From Octopus vulgaris (Eukaryota): a stretch of 64,000 nt of DNA. The stretch lies in assembly GCA_951406725.2 (NCBI GenBank), contig OX597826.1, positions 13,020,001 to 13,084,000 on the forward strand. Direction: 5' to 3'. Below the pieces are notes generated by a model, which worked only from the letters and a program-made list of their open reading frames with translations, did not search any database and had not been told where the DNA came from. Position 1 is the first letter of the stretch. Each line of letters starts with the position of its first letter. A program made the translations under genes and the position numbers. This document shows, one piece after another, positions 62,401 to 64,000 of the stretch.

Positions 62401-64000
62401 TCTGAGTTCAAATTCCACTGAGGTCAACTTTGCCTTTCATCCTTTCGGGGTCGATTAAAGTTACGCATTTAGGTCAATGTAATCAACTTAATCCCTTTGT
62501 CTGTCCTTGTTTGTCCCCTCAATGTTTAGCCCCTTGTGGGCAATAAAGAAATAAGAAACGTTAGTACGCTGGGCAAAATGCTTAGTGGTATTTCGTCTGC
62601 AGGTACGTTCTGAGTTCAAATTCCGCTGAGGTTGACTTTGCCTTTCATCCTTTCGGGGTCAATTAGATAAGTACCAGTTACGCACTTGGGTCGATGTAAT
62701 CGACCTAATCCGTTTGTCTGTCCGTGTGTAGCCCCAGTGTGTGTAGCCCCTTGTGGGTAGTAAAGAAATAGGTATTTCGTCTGCCGTTACGTTCTGAGTT
62801 CAAATCCCGCCGAGGTCGACTTTGCCTTTCATCCTTGTGAATATTAAGGTCATTGAGGATGATGACTTCAAAGAAGAGTAATGTGAGGTGCATGTCCCTG
62901 ATGCAGAATTAGAGATAGTCAAACAGTTGCTGGTGGTTAAATGTATTTATTGAGCAATAAGGACAACAAATAAATTAGAGGAATTGAAAAAAAAATAGAG
63001 ATTTTGAGTAAGAATATCTGGAAGACTCTGTTGTTGTTATTTATTGAGAAAGTTAAGTGATAAGGGAGAGTGTATTTGACATATAGACCAGTGACTCCCT
63101 ACAGGGGCACACGTCCTACCGGTGGGGCATGGGATCCAAATTTTCTTTTTTTTTTTTTTTTTTTGCGGGACATGGAATTGTGAATATCATTTTTTACATG
63201 CGTACCACTGGTTGGGCATACATTTTTCTGCAAAGTTATAGTGCGGCCTGGGGGAAAATAGGTTGGAGAACACTGATGTAGACACTATCTTTCATAGCAA
63301 TATTTTAATACAAAATGTAGCCTGGATAACAAAGGTGGGCTACAGTCTTAGGATAGAGTTATGTGTTTCAGAGAAGGATATGATGTGTAACCTGCATGCT
63401 TATAAGAAGTAATATGTGGGGTCCATCTTGGAGAGAAGTCTGTAGTTATGTTACTAACTCCTGTCTTTTTTACCTTTTTATTAAGAAACATTTTGATTAG
63501 ATGTCATCATAAAATATGCAAAAGATTTAATAGCCTAATATAAAGAAGGATTAAAACAGTTATTTGTAAGGAGAGGAGAATAACACAATAGAAAGTGAAA
63601 ATAAAGAGCAAGAATATAGCTTAATTATCATAAAATGCCAATGTTACCATTTTAGTTAATATCTATAATTTTACCGTTTTTCAGGTGTTTTAGACACGCC
63701 CTCTGATTCTCAGCATTTGAAGAAAATTGGTAAGTTTGCTCAAATTCTCACTTTATGTTTAGCAGCGTTTCTTCTGGGTTTTTTTTTTATTTTTAGTTCA
63801 AGTACCGCCAAAGCCAACTTTGCCTTTCGTCCTTTTGGACCCAATAAAAAAAAGTACCAATTGATGTAATTAACCAACCCCCTACCCTAAAAATTGGTGA
63901 CCCTGTGCCTGGAGTTGAATTTTTTTTCCTTTTTCTTTTTCCAGAATCTAAAATTTTTACAATCAATGATTTCTTGTATGAAACCAAACTGGACAATATT
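38587..64000 (+). CDS. DDX11: ATP-dependent Fe-S DNA helicase DDX11/ChlR1 (Chl1); 15 coding exons in window, continues past the right edge
   Basis: Spliced protein has the Q-motif region [11 protein letters not shown], Walker [24 protein letters not shown], four Fe-S cysteines (NMC, DQC, SCPFY, CCPYY), motif II IIDEAHN and the DDX11-typical LKAKNLMY. Exons: 38587-38722, 39675-39805, 42451-42560, 43883-43914, 44076-44140, 46691-46756, 47389-47619, 49707-49814, 51834-51921, 53096-53193, 54073-54168, 56925-57077, 59741-59867, 63685-63729, 63945-64000. Phases are consistent. Confidence 0.95.
38876..39540 (+). mobile_element. CR1-clade LINE 3' fragment with (ATT)n tail
   Basis: [14 protein letters not shown]...[34 protein letters not shown]; same family as 33440-34080. 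Confidence 0.85.
39675..39805 (+). CDS. DDX11: DDX11 exon (Q motif, first half of Walker A)
   Basis: (D)[43 protein letters not shown], ttcag/GTGAGT. Confidence 0.93.
39993..40513. mobile_element. Tc1/mariner (pogo/Tc2-like) MITE with TA TSD; second copy 57126-57651
   Basis: TA|CTGTAAATCCTCGAGTATAGTCCGC ... GCGGATTATATTCGAGGATTTACAG|TA. Confidence 0.82.
42451..42560 (+). CDS. DDX11: DDX11 exon (GKS of Walker A)
   Basis: [36 protein letters not shown], ttcag/GTATGT, ends phase 2. Confidence 0.92.
43883..43914 (+). CDS. DDX11: DDX11 32-nt micro-exon
   Basis: (E)[10 protein letters not shown], tacag/GTTTGT; bridges phase 2 to phase 1 as the flanking exons require. Confidence 0.78.
44076..44140 (+). 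CDS. DDX11: DDX11 exon
   Basis: (E)[21 protein letters not shown], resembles the conserved E-x-x-W-x-x-x-F segment, tacag/GTACAA. Confidence 0.86.
46691..46756 (+). CDS. DDX11: DDX11 exon
   Basis: [22 protein letters not shown], tttag/GTTAGT, phase 0-0. Confidence 0.75.
47389..47619 (+). CDS. DDX11: DDX11 exon (acidic insertion with EY motif)
   Basis: [57 protein letters not shown]...SEEHIMK, cttag/GTAAAC. Confidence 0.9.
48560..49240 (-). mobile_element. RTE-clade LINE fragments
   Basis: [26 protein letters not shown]; separate 3' end [11 protein letters not shown]...[13 protein letters not shown] with (GAT)n tail at ~49095-49240. Confidence 0.65.
49346..49415. repeat. (CT)n microsatellite
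   Basis: CT run with short interruptions. Confidence 0.95.
49707..49814 (+). CDS. DDX11: DDX11 exon (motif Ia)
   Basis: [36 protein letters not shown], ccag/GTAAGA. Confidence 0.95.
51834..51921 (+). CDS. DDX11: DDX11 exon (Fe-S Cys 1 and 2)
   Basis: [29 protein letters not shown], gcag/GTAAGA. Confidence 0.94.
52125..52165 (-). ncRNA. Hammerhead motif, U3-A8 variant, stem I truncated
   Basis: Minus strand: TA TTGAAAA G GTTGC aagat GCAAC GAAAATTTTA GG; same element as 9070-9321. Confidence 0.4.
52550..52865 (+). pseudogene. DNA transposase relic (Chapaev3/CMC-like)
   Basis: [32 protein letters not shown]...FQYL...SDTKL...[13 protein letters not shown]...L...E resembles the [17 protein letters not shown] transposase motif. 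Confidence 0.65.
53096..53193 (+). CDS. DDX11: DDX11 exon (Fe-S Cys 3)
   Basis: (S)[32 protein letters not shown], ccag/GTAAGA. Confidence 0.92.
54073..54168 (+). CDS. DDX11: DDX11 exon (Fe-S Cys 4)
   Basis: [32 protein letters not shown], gtag/GTAAGT. Confidence 0.95.
55156..55985 (+). mobile_element. RTE-clade reverse transcriptase fragment
   Basis: [63 protein letters not shown]. Confidence 0.88.
56925..57077 (+). CDS. DDX11: DDX11 exon (DEAH box)
   Basis: [51 protein letters not shown], ttag/GTAAGA. Confidence 0.96.
58490..59215 (+). mobile_element. RTE/BovB-like RT fragment split by a SINE A insertion
   Basis: [38 protein letters not shown]. Confidence 0.65.
59741..59867 (+). CDS. 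DDX11: DDX11 exon
   Basis: [42 protein letters not shown], ttag/GTTTGT. Confidence 0.94.
60445..61830 (+). mobile_element. Ingi/Vingi-like LINE relic with nested SINEs
   Basis: [29 protein letters not shown] and [11 protein letters not shown]; heavily decayed. Confidence 0.5.
63089..63275. mobile_element. hAT-Charlie-like MITE
   Basis: CAGTG...CACTG termini, 8-bp TSD ATATAGAC / ATGTAGAC. Confidence 0.6.
63685..63729 (+). CDS. DDX11: DDX11 exon
   Basis: (G)[14 protein letters not shown], tcag/GTAAGT, phase 1-1. Confidence 0.82.
63945..64000 (+). CDS. DDX11: DDX11 exon, truncated by window end
   Basis: (E)[18 protein letters not shown] matches the conserved TINDFL...DNI segment; long pyrimidine tract + ccag. 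Confidence 0.92.

Overview
AT-rich, repeat-dense animal genomic DNA, probably octopus (inferred from the SINE families and microsatellite load; not verified by search). It holds two spliced genes arranged head-to-head, both running off the window. SDAD1 (SDA1, 60S ribosome biogenesis) is on the minus strand: ATG at 35341, 13 coding exons down to 1675, 428 codons. DDX11 (ChlR1/Chl1 Fe-S DEAH helicase) is on the plus strand: probable ATG at 38587, 15 coding exons to the window end, 514 codons. All exon boundaries were read by hand as GT-AG with consistent phases. The introns carry tRNA-derived and RTE-tailed SINEs, decayed LINEs (Penelope, CR1, RTE, Tx1-like, Ingi/Vingi-like, RNase H-bearing), MITEs, non-autonomous Helitrons and transposase relics (piggyBac, Chapaev3-like). 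Most ORFs in the supplied track are repeat artefacts. The most interesting signal is a set of short, mostly fold-back, Penelope-type elements carrying minimal hammerhead-ribozyme motifs. Their core 3-8 base pair covaries between families (U3-A8, G3-C8, C3-G8), and four of the motifs lie on the SDAD1 sense strand. Also notable are a twin-primed LINE inserted into a CR1 RT, a compact shared promoter with an E2F/CHR-like element, and an acidic N-terminal extension on DDX11. No new protein-coding system is supported.
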